A DNA stretch of 63,996 nt, filler included, from an uncultured bacterium (GTDB taxonomy: Bacteria; Auribacterota; CAZIXI01): the NCBI GenBank assembly GCA_964543115.1. It is 8 parts of 8 records of this genome, joined end to end, with 100 filler letters (N's around TTAATTAATTAA, not from the genome) between each part and the next. Parts side by side here need not be neighbours in the genome. Positions count along the whole stretch, not along the records: positions 42,170 to 50,357 come from CAZIXI010000157.1; positions 50,458 to 58,528 come from CAZIXI010000158.1; 6 more parts are not named here. One strand, 5' to 3'. The position numbers were made by a program, and so were the translations under genes. The notes below the pieces were generated by a model that was not told the DNA's origin, made no database searches, and was given only the letters and a program-made list of their open reading frames with translations. Shown here in pieces: positions 45,669-55,066 of this stretch; position 1 is the stretch's first letter; every line of letters begins with the position of its first letter.

Positions 45669-46352
45669 ATGAAGAGAATAATAGTCGGAACACGTAAAAG
45701 TAAATTGGCGTTGATTCAGGTAAAGGAAATACTGGATACGCTATCAGCCGGTGAAGAGGGCAAAAGTCTTTTTACCATTATTCCGTTGGAGACAGCCGGA
45801 GATAAAGACAAGCACAGCGCATTAGAGAAACTTGAAGGCACGGATTTTTTTACCGATGGTTTGGATTGGGCGTTATTACAGGGGAGAATAGATCTGGCCG
45901 TACATTCGGCAAAAGATCTTCCGGATCCGTTACCTGAGGGCCTGAGGGTAGTCTGGCGCACCCGCGCGATTGATCCGGCAGACGTACTGGTAAGCAGGAC
46001 CGGACAGCGGCTCTTAGAGCTGCCGGCAGGTTCACTGGTGGGAACAAGCAGCAGGCGGCGCCGGGAACAGGTGTTGGCGTTGCGGCCGGAGCTGACGATT
46101 AAGAGTTTGCGTGGAAACGTAGACGAACGGCTGGCCAAGCTTGATCGGGGAGAATACGACGGGATTATTGTTGCCGCGGCAGCGCTTATTCGGTTGGGAG
46201 AGCAAGAAAGGATTACGGAACGACTCAAGTTTAGCACGCCGCCGGGGCAGGGATCATTGGCCGTGGTGGTGTGTGAGGATGATGAGGAGTTAAGTTCATG
46301 GCTGCAGGAAAAGTTTATCTTATCGGAGCGGGCCCGGGCAGAAAGGATCTGA
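45669..46352 (+). CDS. hemC: Hydroxymethylbilane synthase, C-terminally short (227 aa)
   Basis: GTRKSKLALIQ, TAGD, FFTD.LD.ALL.G.IDLAVHSAKD, GTSS.RR, LRGNVDERL, PGQG. Confidence 0.88.
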   Translation: MKRIIVGTRKSKLALIQVKEILDTLSAGEEGKSLFTIIPLETAGDKDKHSALEKLEGTDFFTDGLDWALLQGRIDLAVHSAKDLPDPLPEGLRVVWRTRAIDPADVLVSRTGQRLLELPAGSLVGTSSRRRREQVLALRPELTIKSLRGNVDERLAKLDRGEYDGIIVAAAALIRLGEQERITERLKFSTPPGQGSLAVVVCEDDEELSSWLQEKFILSERARAERI

Positions 46353-47722
46353 TTACCGTCCGCGGACGCGATATCCTTTCACTGGCCGAGGTAGTTATTT
46401 ACGATTATCTGGTAGATAAGGAAATATTATCTTATTGCCTGCCTGCCGCTGAATTAATTTGTACGCGAACACTGGGCAAGGATTGTGGGCATACGGATAC
46501 CGATAAGGCGCAGGAATTGATTAATGAAACAATGCTTGAGCGGGCGGCTGCCGGCAAAAAAGTTGTTCGGCTTAAAAACGGTGATCCGGGTATTTTCGGC
46601 CGCTTAACCGCGGAATTAGAGGCGCTTACTGCTGCCGGTGTTGATTTTGAAATCGTGCCCGGGGTTACCGCGGCCGCTGCTGCGGCGGCGTATACCGGGA
46701 TTTCACTGACGGACCGTGCCTGTGCCTCCAGTGTGGTTCTGGTTACCGGACACGAAGCAAAAGGTAAAACAACCAGCGGCATTAATTGGCCGGTAATCGC
46801 CCAGCAGCCCAGTATCGTTTTCTATATGGCGGTATGCGTAATAGAAAATATTGTCGCCCGGCTCAGCGCTAACGGCAGGGAGGTACAGGAACCGGTGCTG
46901 GTAATTGCCAATGCCGGCAGTGCCTGGCAGAAGACAGTTTCCGGCACTCTGTATACAATCGCGGACTTAATGAAAAAACGCGGGATTACCGCTCCGGCCG
47001 TTGTAATTATCGGTGAGGTGTGCCGACAGGAAAAAAAATATAACTGGCTAAAGAGCAATAAGCGAATATTGTTTACCGGGCTATCAGCGGAACGGCCGTT
47101 CCTCGACGGTACCTATTTTCATTTGCCGCTGATCCGGATTGTGCCACCGGCGGATTACAGAGAGTTGGATCGAGCGGTAAGTGCCAGTGCTTCTTTTGAC
47201 TGGCTGGTTTTCAGCAGTCGGTACGGAGTTAAATATTTTATGGAACGGTTATTGACAACCGGCCATGACCTGCGGGGACTGGCTGGTGTAAAAATTGTCG
47301 CTATTGGCCAATCGACGAAAGCGGCACTGCGGTCCTGGGGTCTGCTTGCCGATCTGGTACCTAAAGAGGAATCGTCACAGGGATTGATAGAATTATTTAG
47401 CACAGTTGCTCTGGGCGGGAGCCGGATGTTGCTCCCGCGAAGTGATCTTGCCGATAAAGGATTAACCAAAGCTTTACAACAACAGGGCGCGGAAGTAACC
47501 GCGGTTATGGCATACAGAAATATTATGGCGGATAATCTGCCGGATCTTGATCTTAGTTTTTTTAATGAGATTATGTTTACCAGTCCGTCTACGGTGCGCA
47601 GTTTTAAAAAACGTTACGGTAACGTACCAGCAGGAATAACCATAACCTGTATTGGCAAGGTGACAGAAAAAGCAGTTGTAGGGGCGGGCTTACGCCCACC
47701 TTGCGCCCGCCCGGAACAGTAG
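46298..47722 (+). CDS. cobA: Uroporphyrinogen-III C-methyltransferase / uroporphyrinogen-III synthase fusion (CobA-HemD)
   Basis: VYLIGAGPG..DLITVRG, RLKNGDP.IFGR, VPGVTA. C-terminal HemD-like FTSPSTV. SD GAGGAG 8 nt upstream of the ATG. Confidence 0.9.
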   Translation: MAAGKVYLIGAGPGRKDLITVRGRDILSLAEVVIYDYLVDKEILSYCLPAAELICTRTLGKDCGHTDTDKAQELINETMLERAAAGKKVVRLKNGDPGIFGRLTAELEALTAAGVDFEIVPGVTAAAAAAAYTGISLTDRACASSVVLVTGHEAKGKTTSGINWPVIAQQPSIVFYMAVCVIENIVARLSANGREVQEPVLVIANAGSAWQKTVSGTLYTIADLMKKRGITAPAVVIIGEVCRQEKKYNWLKSNKRILFTGLSAERPFLDGTYFHLPLIRIVPPADYRELDRAVSASASFDWLVFSSRYGVKYFMERLLTTGHDLRGLAGVKIVAIGQSTKAALRSWGLLADLVPKEESSQGLIELFSTVALGGSRMLLPRSDLADKGLTKALQQQGAEVTAVMAYRNIMADNLPDLDLSFFNEIMFTSPSTVRSFKKRYGNVPAGITITCIGKVTEKAVVGAGLRPPCARPEQ

Positions 47723-47744
47723 GGGCGGACCTCTGTGTCCGCCC
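47678..47744 (+). repeat. Two GTAG-family REP-like palindromes in tandem
   Basis: GTAGGGGCGGGCTTACGCCC...GCCCGCCC (47678-47712) and GTAGGGGCGGACCTCTGTGTCCGCCC (47719-47744). Confidence 0.7.
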
Positions 47745-47757
47745 GAGGAGATAGATA

Positions 47758-50061
47758 ATGTTTCGATTACCGTTAAAGGTAAAGAACGATTTAGAGGATT
47801 ATAAACGGCAGCTGGCGGATCATCTTGCCGGTAAACTTTCCGCCGAGCGGTTTAAAGGAATCCGGGTGCCCTGGGGGATTTACTCCCAGCGGGGTGGGCA
47901 GCAGATGATGGTCAGGGTGCGCATTCCGGCGGGCCTGTTAACAGCGGAGCAATTACGGGTGCTGGCCGATACGGCAGAGAAATTCGGCCGGGGACTGCTG
48001 CACCTTACTACCCGGCAGGATATCCAGATCCATTCGGTTAAGGTGCAGGATACCGGTACGGTTATGGATGTTCTGGCCGGGTGTGATCTCTCATCGCGCG
48101 GCGGCGGCGGAAATACGGTGCGCAATATTATTGCCTGCGAACGTTCCGGTATCTGTCCGCGGGAAATATTTGATGTCCGGCCCTATGCGCTTGGCTTAAC
48201 GGAATTTCTGCTGGCCCAGGATGATTCGTTTAATCTACCGCGCAAATTTAAAATAGCGTTTAATGGCTGTCCCCATGATCATGTTGGCTGCGGGTTGAAT
48301 GATTTGGGCCTGCAGGCGGAACTGCGTGATGGGGAACGTGGTTTTCGGGTTCTTTGTGCCGGGGGGATGGGGGCCAGAACGCTGGTGGGCAGCCTACTCT
48401 ATTCTTGGCTGCCGGCGGCGGATGTTCCGCTCTTGGCAACGGCCCTAAAACAGGTTTTCGCGGAGCATGGTGACCGGCGAAATAAGCATCATAACCGGTT
48501 ACGGTTTTTGGCGGCTGATATGGGTTTTGAAAAGTTTAAACAACTGCTTAATGAAAAAATGACACTTTTGCGCGGCCAAAAAGAATATCAGTTGCGGAAA
48601 ATACAATTTACCGAACCCCCGACGGGTGTGGATGAGCGGGAAAAACATGATGACCAAGAGTATCAGTTATTTCTCAGGCAGAATGTCCGTAAGCAGAAAC
48701 AACCGGGTCTGGCCAGTGTCAGCCTGCGGATTCCGCGCGGTGATCTAACCTCTTCCCAGGCACAAAGACTGGCTGAGCTGGAAACGGTATTGCCGGGGAT
48801 TGCCTTTTGTACCACCGGGCGACAGAACATTATGCTTTACAACGTCAGTAATGCCTGGCTCTACGACCTTTATTGCCGGATCAAGGATGTTTTGTCCGGG
48901 TTCCTCTATCCTGATACCTTGCTGGATGTTGTTGCCTGTAAAGGCGCCTTAACCTGTAATTTGGGGTTATGTAATTCACCCGGCCTGGCCCGGGCCCTGG
49001 AACAGATGGTTCAGGAAACGTTTCTGCAGTCACCGTTGTTGAAGCGGCTGCAGATAAAAATGAATGGCTGTCCCAATGCCTGCGGACACCATCCCGCCGC
49101 CCAAATAGCCCTGCACGGGATGGCCAAGAAGGTTAATAACCGGCTGGTACCGTACTATAAAATATTTATCGGCGGTAGAAAGCAGTATGAACAGACACAA
49201 CTGGCGGGAGAAGTCGGCACGGTGCCGGCCAAGATAGTTCCGGAGGTGCTTAAACGATTAATCCAGCAGTTCGAAAAACTGGTACAAACGGATACAGACA
49301 TTGATCACTGGCTCAGTACTACCGGCAGGGAAACAGCCGCTAAACTGCTGCGGAATTATTCAGCTGTAACGGAAATTAATCCTGACTGGTATTATGACTG
49401 GGACCGGGAACAGCCGTTTACCCTCGAAGGAATCGGTCCGGGCGAGTGTGGCGCCGGGATGCTGGATATGATTGAAGCCGACCTGGCCGAAGCAAAACAG
49501 AAATTAAATGAACAGCAATGGTATGAAACACTTAAACTCAGCGCCCGGGCACTGCTGGTGGTTAAGGGAATAGAACCGCGCACCGACGCGGAGACCATTA
49601 GCGGTTTTAAGGAAAATTTTGTTCAGACAGGTATTGTTGCGCAACGGTTCCTTGATCTTTCTGAAACGGCACTCAATATACTCCAGCAGCAGGAACCGGA
49701 AGCAGAAACCAGGCAATATTGTGAGGATTTATTAACGGCGGTAACCGGCGCCTACCGGCGGATGGACAGTGCTTTCCGGTTTGCAAAAGTGGAAACGGAC
49801 CGGAAAACCAGTGAACAATCTCAAGGGCCAGAAACCGATAAAGCAATTTTCGATTTGCGCGGTGTCAAATGCCCGCTTAACTATGCCAAGACAAAGGTGA
49901 AATTAGAAGCAATGGGTGCCGGCCAGATACTTATACTATATCTTGATGCCGGTGAACCGATAGAGAATGTGCCGGCCAGTCTCCGGAACGACGGGCAGGA
50001 GATCCTGGGGATAGAGGAAAAACAGGATTATTTTATTGTAACAGTAAGGAAGACGGGATAA
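47758..50061 (+). CDS. sir: Ferredoxin-type nitrite/sulfite reductase with C-terminal helical (HEPN-like) and TusA sulfurtransferase domains
   Basis: MVRVRIPAG, HLTTRQDIQ, LPRKFKIAF. Siroheme/4Fe-4S ligands ACKGALTC...GCPNACG. C-terminal DLRGVKCPLNY (TusA CPxx). Confidence 0.88.
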   Translation: MFRLPLKVKNDLEDYKRQLADHLAGKLSAERFKGIRVPWGIYSQRGGQQMMVRVRIPAGLLTAEQLRVLADTAEKFGRGLLHLTTRQDIQIHSVKVQDTGTVMDVLAGCDLSSRGGGGNTVRNIIACERSGICPREIFDVRPYALGLTEFLLAQDDSFNLPRKFKIAFNGCPHDHVGCGLNDLGLQAELRDGERGFRVLCAGGMGARTLVGSLLYSWLPAADVPLLATALKQVFAEHGDRRNKHHNRLRFLAADMGFEKFKQLLNEKMTLLRGQKEYQLRKIQFTEPPTGVDEREKHDDQEYQLFLRQNVRKQKQPGLASVSLRIPRGDLTSSQAQRLAELETVLPGIAFCTTGRQNIMLYNVSNAWLYDLYCRIKDVLSGFLYPDTLLDVVACKGALTCNLGLCNSPGLARALEQMVQETFLQSPLLKRLQIKMNGCPNACGHHPAAQIALHGMAKKVNNRLVPYYKIFIGGRKQYEQTQLAGEVGTVPAKIVPEVLKRLIQQFEKLVQTDTDIDHWLSTTGRETAAKLLRNYSAVTEINPDWYYDWDREQPFTLEGIGPGECGAGMLDMIEADLAEAKQKLNEQQWYETLKLSARALLVVKGIEPRTDAETISGFKENFVQTGIVAQRFLDLSETALNILQQQEPEAETRQYCEDLLTAVTGAYRRMDSAFRFAKVETDRKTSEQSQGPETDKAIFDLRGVKCPLNYAKTKVKLEAMGAGQILILYLDAGEPIENVPASLRNDGQEILGIEEKQDYFIVTVRKTG

Positions 50062-50064
50062 CTG

Positions 50065-50357
50065 ATGGCGACAAAAGCAGTGGCCCTATTATCAGGTGGT
50101 CTGGACAGCAGTCTGGCCGTAAAAATGGTCTTAGAACAGGGCGTTGCCCTGGAAGCCCTGCATTATACCAGTCCGTTTTGTACCTGTACCGCGAAAAGTA
50201 ATGGCTGTAATAATCAGGCGGTAGCCGTTGCCCGCTCACTGGGTCTCCCCATCAAGATAATCAACAAAGGGCCTGATTATTTAACAGTACTCAGGAACCC
50301 CCGCTATGGTTACGGCCGCGGGATGAATCCCTGTATTGATTGCCGGATATATATGTT
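50065..50357 (+). CDS. PP-loop tRNA thiolase-like protein (ThiI/MnmA-like, Cys-rich), 3'-partial
   Basis: ALLSGGLDSSLA; SPFCTC; YGYGRGMNPCIDCR. Confidence 0.75.
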
Positions 50358-50457
50358 NNNNNNNNNNNNNNNNNNNNNNNNNNNNNNNNNNNNNNNNNNN
50401 NTTAATTAATTAANNNNNNNNNNNNNNNNNNNNNNNNNNNNNNNNNNNNNNNNNNNN
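50358..50457. other. Artificial contig linker
   Basis: 44 N + TTAATTAATTAA + 44 N. Confidence 0.98.
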
Positions 50458-51261
50458 AGAAAAAGCCCGCATCCTGGCCCGGGGATGCCTCAAACACCAG
50501 CGTTATCTCTCAGCATTAAGGTATTTATGGAAAACAATAAATTAAATATATATAAGGAAGCCCTGGCGGTGCGCAAACTGAATATTATTGAAAAAGCAAC
50601 CGTAATAAACAGATTGCTGAACGATTTTCGCCTGCCGCCGGAAAAAGTAATCAAGGAATACCTGCCTCTGCTGCAGATACCTGCTCACAAAAGATATCTA
50701 CAAAATTACACATGGCTGCACAAACTTTCAGACGATCTAAAAACAATTATTAAAGAGCGGGATATAGATATCGACATACCGCTAAAAACAAAAGAATGGC
50801 CGGCTGCTATCCGGGAAGAAGCCCTTTCCCTGATTTTTTCCTTCCAGCTGGGCAAAAATAAAACAATGGAACTAGTTACCCTCTTAAATGAACTTTCCCT
50901 GCCCGACCGGCAAAAAATAAGGAAAATCCTTACCGGCACCGAATGGCTGACCATCAACAAAAACCCCAACCTGTCCCCGCCGCAAAAAGGAATGAAACTG
51001 AGAGAAATTCTCCAAGCAAAACGCTTTCCTATATATAAGAAATACGAAAAAAAACTAAAACAACTTATTAGCGCGCTAGAACTCCCCGCCAGCCTTACAT
51101 TAAACACCAAAGAAATACTTACCCTGGAAAAAGACTGCCTAAAATTCAGTTTTGATTGTCACAGCAGTAAAGAAATCAAAAAAACAGCTAAACTTCTATC
51201 ACAGCTTGCTGATAAAGATGAATTACAACAATTACTAAGAACCCTACAACAGACAATATGA
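50458..51261 (+). CDS. Helical protein resembling the C-terminal part of ParB-like proteins, probably 5'-partial
   Basis: LNIIEKATVINRL motif and helical C-terminus. Overlaps the next gene by 4 bp (ATGA). Confidence 0.55.
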   Translation, partial: RKSPHPGPGMPQTPALSLSIKVFMENNKLNIYKEALAVRKLNIIEKATVINRLLNDFRLPPEKVIKEYLPLLQIPAHKRYLQNYTWLHKLSDDLKTIIKERDIDIDIPLKTKEWPAAIREEALSLIFSFQLGKNKTMELVTLLNELSLPDRQKIRKILTGTEWLTINKNPNLSPPQKGMKLREILQAKRFPIYKKYEKKLKQLISALELPASLTLNTKEILTLEKDCLKFSFDCHSSKEIKKTAKLLSQLADKDELQQLLRTLQQTI

Positions 51262-52202
51262 CTATTAGCAGTAAAAATATCCATTACACTAAATTCCCGG
51301 GCAATTTTCTCAAACACTGCCCAGGCACACCGAAATACCGCTGCTGCAATTATTACGTACTCAATATCCAGACCAATTGCAACCTCGGCTGCCAATACTG
51401 CATCCTGCAAGACTATATTAGTAACGATACAATTACCGTCTTCACCAATATTGACCAGGCACTGGCCGAAGTGGACCAGACACTTAAAGCTCATCCTGAC
51501 CGCTTCTACCGCATCGGCACCGGCGAACTCACCGACAGCCTCTCTCTTGACCATCAGACCGGCCATTCCTTAACATTAATCCCCTTCTTTTCCCGCTACC
51601 GCAATGCCCTGCTGGAATTAAAAACAAAAACTGACAACATCGGCAACCTGCTTAAACTCAAACCCGGCAAAAATATTGTTATCTCCTGGTCACTGAATCC
51701 TCAAAAAATTATCAGCTCCTACGAGTGGCACACAGCTTCCCTCAAACAACGCCTGATCGCGGCAGAGAAATGCTCCCATCATGGCTACCGCATCTCCTTC
51801 CACCTTGATCCGGTGATCCTTTACCCCGGCTGGGAAAATGATTATCGGCTGCTAGTAGAGCAAATCCCCAAATATGTCCCGCCGGAAAATATCGTCTGGA
51901 TAAGCATTGCCGGCCTCAGGTATACACAACCGCTAAAAAATATCATTCAAGCACGATTTCCCCACAGCCGTCTTTTCAGCGGCGAAATGATCAAGGCCCT
52001 GGATGGCAAATTCCGCTACCTGCGCCCCATCAGGACCGCCGCCTACAAAAAAATAATCGGTTGGATTCATAAGTACGGCCCGGATATCCCCATTTATTTC
52101 TGCATGGAAAGCCCGGCTGTCTGGCGACAGGTCTTTGGAAAACTGCCGGAAGAAATCCCCAACTTAAAAGGTATTTTCGATAGCACCTGGTGGGACCACT
52201 AA
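51258..52202 (+). CDS. Spore photoproduct lyase-like radical SAM protein
   Basis: CNLGCQYC (CxxxCxxC); RIGTGELTDSL; LELKTK; SWSLNP; FHLDPVI; YFCME. Confidence 0.85.
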   Translation: MTISSKNIHYTKFPGNFLKHCPGTPKYRCCNYYVLNIQTNCNLGCQYCILQDYISNDTITVFTNIDQALAEVDQTLKAHPDRFYRIGTGELTDSLSLDHQTGHSLTLIPFFSRYRNALLELKTKTDNIGNLLKLKPGKNIVISWSLNPQKIISSYEWHTASLKQRLIAAEKCSHHGYRISFHLDPVILYPGWENDYRLLVEQIPKYVPPENIVWISIAGLRYTQPLKNIIQARFPHSRLFSGEMIKALDGKFRYLRPIRTAAYKKIIGWIHKYGPDIPIYFCMESPAVWRQVFGKLPEEIPNLKGIFDSTWWDH

Positions 52203-52238
52203 GATCATTGACACACTCCCGGATTGAGATACAGGCAA

Positions 52239-52943
52239 TTATTCTAAGAGAGAAATCTCGGGATATGGTCGGATATTTTTTGCTTTTTCACGAAGGTAGG
52301 CGGGCTCTTCCAGATACTCCCGCCAGCCAAGATGGCGGGCCGTTAAGTCCTGCGCTGCCGCGCTGACACCAAATCTACGCATTCTCCTCCAGAAATCCAT
52401 ATTTAGTTCTGCGGGCTGAAAACCGCCATTTTTCCGAAATGCTTCTGTGCGGATAAGCTGCATTGTTGTATCAATATCAGCCATGCGTAAATTTCGCTGA
52501 TGGTCAAAAAATGGCCCCGTACGAAAACAAAGCCTTTTTGCCTGTTTTACGGTCCAGCAGGGAGGCACGTCAGCAGGATCCAGACTTAAACCCATGCGCA
52601 CTAACCGGGGAAAATTCTCTAATAATCTTAGCAATTGTGTCAACCAGCAGGGCTCAACGGCAGGAACAATGATATCTGGATCGGATATAACAAAAACAGG
52701 AGAACGAACCTTACTAAGCCCGGAATACCAGCCGGAAAGAAGCTGGTTGGCAGAATTAAAGATTAATTCAGAAATAACACCCTTTTGCTTCTGACTCTCT
52801 AAATAGGGCCTAACCCCCAGATCAGTACTGGCATTGTCTACGACAATCAAACGATAAGGATTATTCGTTCGCTTAACAAGTGCCTCTATCGTTTGGCGGA
52901 GGTAATTGAGACGGTTATAGGTAAGAAGAACAATATCGATCAT
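52239..52943 (-). CDS. GT2-family glycosyltransferase
   Basis: IVLLTYNRLNYL, IVVDNASTD, SDPD (DxD). Confidence 0.85.
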   Translation of the reverse strand: MIDIVLLTYNRLNYLRQTIEALVKRTNNPYRLIVVDNASTDLGVRPYLESQKQKGVISELIFNSANQLLSGWYSGLSKVRSPVFVISDPDIIVPAVEPCWLTQLLRLLENFPRLVRMGLSLDPADVPPCWTVKQAKRLCFRTGPFFDHQRNLRMADIDTTMQLIRTEAFRKNGGFQPAELNMDFWRRMRRFGVSAAAQDLTARHLGWREYLEEPAYLREKAKNIRPYPEISLLE

Positions 52944-52980
52944 ATATAGTGATGAGTGATGGGCGATGAGTAACTAATTA

Positions 52981-53430
52981 TCAGTGATCACTCAATAATT
53001 CCATAATCTCGTCGGGGCCGGAGGCATTAATAATCTTGTCACGAAAACGCGGATGTTTAAATAAACGGCAGATCTTGGCCAGCACCTTGAGATAACCATC
53101 TTGTTGAGAACTGTTAGCGCCTATCATCACAACCAGGTATACGGGTTTATTATCCAGGGATTTAAAATCTACCCCTTCCCGTTTGCGGCCGATAGCCATC
53201 ACAAAATCTTTAACGGAATCAATATTTACATGGGGTACGGCTAGACCAATACCGATACCGGTACTAAGAATGCGTTCCCGCTTCATTACGGAGAGAAAAA
53301 AGTCATCTTTATCGGTAACTTCCGGGGCCGCGGCAACAACCTCAACCAATTCCTGAAGAACTTCCTTTTTTGTCGTGCCGCGCAGATCAACAATCCGGTT
53401 CCGGTCAATCATTGCAGAAAGCTTCTTCAT
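52981..53430 (-). CDS. PTS EIIA (Ntr/fructose-type) domain protein
   Basis: RERILSTGIGIGLAVPH phospho-His motif; GVDFKSLD.KPV. Confidence 0.9.
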   Translation of the reverse strand: MKKLSAMIDRNRIVDLRGTTKKEVLQELVEVVAAAPEVTDKDDFFLSVMKRERILSTGIGIGLAVPHVNIDSVKDFVMAIGRKREGVDFKSLDNKPVYLVVMIGANSSQQDGYLKVLAKICRLFKHPRFRDKIINASGPDEIMELLSDH

Positions 53431-54122
53431 ATCTGTTTCTCTTTCTCAACAATGATATCTTTCACCTGCTTAAAATCTGTCGCGTGAGTCAACTGATAAC
53501 CAAACTTGCGATCCCGTAAAAGGCGGCTCAAACGGGCCATCAACTTCAGATGGATATCGTCACGGGGAGCGGAAACGAGGAAGACAAGGTGTGTGGGCTT
53601 GCCATCCAAAGATTCTAAATCCATCCCTCTTTCACAGATCCCTAAAACCAAAAGAGGTTTTCTTAATTTAGTAATAACCGCCGCTCTCGGATGCGGGATA
53701 GCAACGCCTTCTCCGATCGCCGTAGAGCACAACCGTTCACGTTCAATAATGGCATGCAGGAGCTTATCGGCATCACGTTTACGAATCTTGTAGTTCTTCA
53801 CCATCACTATTACCATTTGCTGAAGAACCTGCATTTTTGTTGTGGGCAATAAATTGAAGATTATATTTTCCTTTTTTAATAACGGGGCAATTTGAATCAC
53901 CGCTTCTTTATGATCTGTCTCCAACTGCACTAAATCCTCGGAAGCAAATTCACCCATTTGCGACCCCAGCCATTCCTTTATCTGCTCTTTATCAAGGCGC
54001 CACTGATTACTCACCTTAATAGCGGGCATCTTCCCCTTCTCCACCAGCTTGTAGACAGAATTTTCGCTCATCTTCAAATACTTGGCCACTTCCTTAATAG
54101 TCATTATCTTAGGATCACTCAT
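53427..54122 (-). CDS. Excisionase-like HTH fused to PTS EIIA
   Basis: MTIKEVAKYLK...VYKLV..GKMPAIKV..QWR plus RERLCSTAIGEGVAIPH. Start at ATG 54122 (the track start overlaps the tRNA). Confidence 0.88.
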   Translation of the reverse strand: MSDPKIMTIKEVAKYLKMSENSVYKLVEKGKMPAIKVSNQWRLDKEQIKEWLGSQMGEFASEDLVQLETDHKEAVIQIAPLLKKENIIFNLLPTTKMQVLQQMVIVMVKNYKIRKRDADKLLHAIIERERLCSTAIGEGVAIPHPRAAVITKLRKPLLVLGICERGMDLESLDGKPTHLVFLVSAPRDDIHLKLMARLSRLLRDRKFGYQLTHATDFKQVKDIIVEKEKQI

Positions 54123-54139
54123 AATCTTTCTCTCTATTC

Positions 54140-54164
54140 GGGAGGGCACAAGGCCCTCCCCTAC
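54140..54164 (-). repeat. GTAG-family REP-like palindrome immediately 3' of tRNA-Cys
   Basis: Minus strand GTAGGGGAGGGCCTTGTGCCCTCCC, similar to 47678 and 47719. Confidence 0.65.
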
Positions 54165-54168
54165 TAAG

Positions 54169-54240
54169 AGGCGCGGAGCGGATTCGAACCGCTGAATAAA
54201 GGTTTTGCAGACCTCCCCCTTACCACTTGGGTACCGCGCC
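54169..54240 (-). tRNA. trnC: tRNA-Cys(GCA), CCA not encoded
   Basis: GGCGCGG acceptor stem pairing with CCGCGCC, U73 discriminator, anticodon loop CTGCAAA, T-loop GGTTCGAATCC. Confidence 0.95.
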
Positions 54241-54248
54241 ATTCAATT

Positions 54249-54275
54249 GTGGATTTCGGATTTCGGATTGCGGAT
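54249..54275. repeat. Degenerate heptamer tandem repeat (GGATTTC/GGATTGC) upstream of tRNA-Cys
   Basis: TGGATTTCGGATTTCGGATTGCGGATT. Confidence 0.6.
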
Positions 54276-54289
54276 TTTATGATAATATT

Positions 54290-55066
54290 CTAATTCGCAA
54301 TATCGATTTCCTCTTCCTCTTCTATTTCTTCTACCTGGACATTAGCTAATAATCTTAATGCCTCTTTATCAGTTAACAGTTTTTGTACTTGGGGATTGGC
54401 AATAAACTTAATGTATTGTTTCTGTACAAGTATCTCTTTTAACTCCGGATCATTGAGCACTGCCTGTATGCTTTCCTGCTCTATCAGTTCCTGAAACTGG
54501 CTGTCTTCCTCCATTAATGCTAACGTATCCGGATCATTAACGGCAATTAACACCGTCTGTAGATTCTGCAGAATACGGAACCTGGATAAAGGATTATACT
54601 TTCCTACCGCCTGAACAACCCTCGATCCGGCTAAAGCTGCCGGCACTGCCGGCAAGATCCCATCCAAGGCCCCAGAAAACGGTTCAATAATAAAAACAAC
54701 TAGCACCACAATAAGAAAACCTTTTATACCGCCAAAAATAACCCCCCAAATTCTGTCGCCTAATTTTACTCCATCACGCAACATTTTAGAGGAAATATAT
54801 TTTGCTATACAGTTAAAAATCAGATACGCCGGGATCCAGACAAGTACGGCAAGAATCATATTACCAATTAACGGAGAAACCATCTCACCCAAAGGCAAAC
54901 TGACAAAGTAAGGGACAGCAACACTAACGGCACTGGCCAGGATAAATGCTAAAATACTAAAAAACTGCCTAATTGCTCCTTTCATAAAACCCAGGAGACA
55001 GAACAAGGCAATAAAAATAAGCAGAATATAATCCAGTTTGTTTAATCCCAGACTACTCAAATCCAT
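54290..55066 (-). CDS. cvpA: CvpA (colicin V production) family membrane protein
   Basis: LDYILL....GFMKGAIRQ; DRIWGVIFGGIKG. Confidence 0.8.
   Translation of the reverse strand: MDLSSLGLNKLDYILLIFIALFCLLGFMKGAIRQFFSILAFILASAVSVAVPYFVSLPLGEMVSPLIGNMILAVLVWIPAYLIFNCIAKYISSKMLRDGVKLGDRIWGVIFGGIKGFLIVVLVVFIIEPFSGALDGILPAVPAALAGSRVVQAVGKYNPLSRFRILQNLQTVLIAVNDPDTLALMEEDSQFQELIEQESIQAVLNDPELKEILVQKQYIKFIANPQVQKLLTDKEALRLLANVQVEEIEEEEEIDIAN

Noticed and set aside
46298..46352. Programmed frameshift making a HemC-CobA-HemD fusion
   Set aside because: cobA has its own GAGGAG SD and ATG, and no slippery site is evident; a 55-nt overlap is compatible with translational coupling.
54123..54242. Long N-terminal extension of the HTH-EIIA ORF in the track
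   Set aside because: It overlaps tRNA-Cys and a REP; the homology-supported start is ATG 54122.
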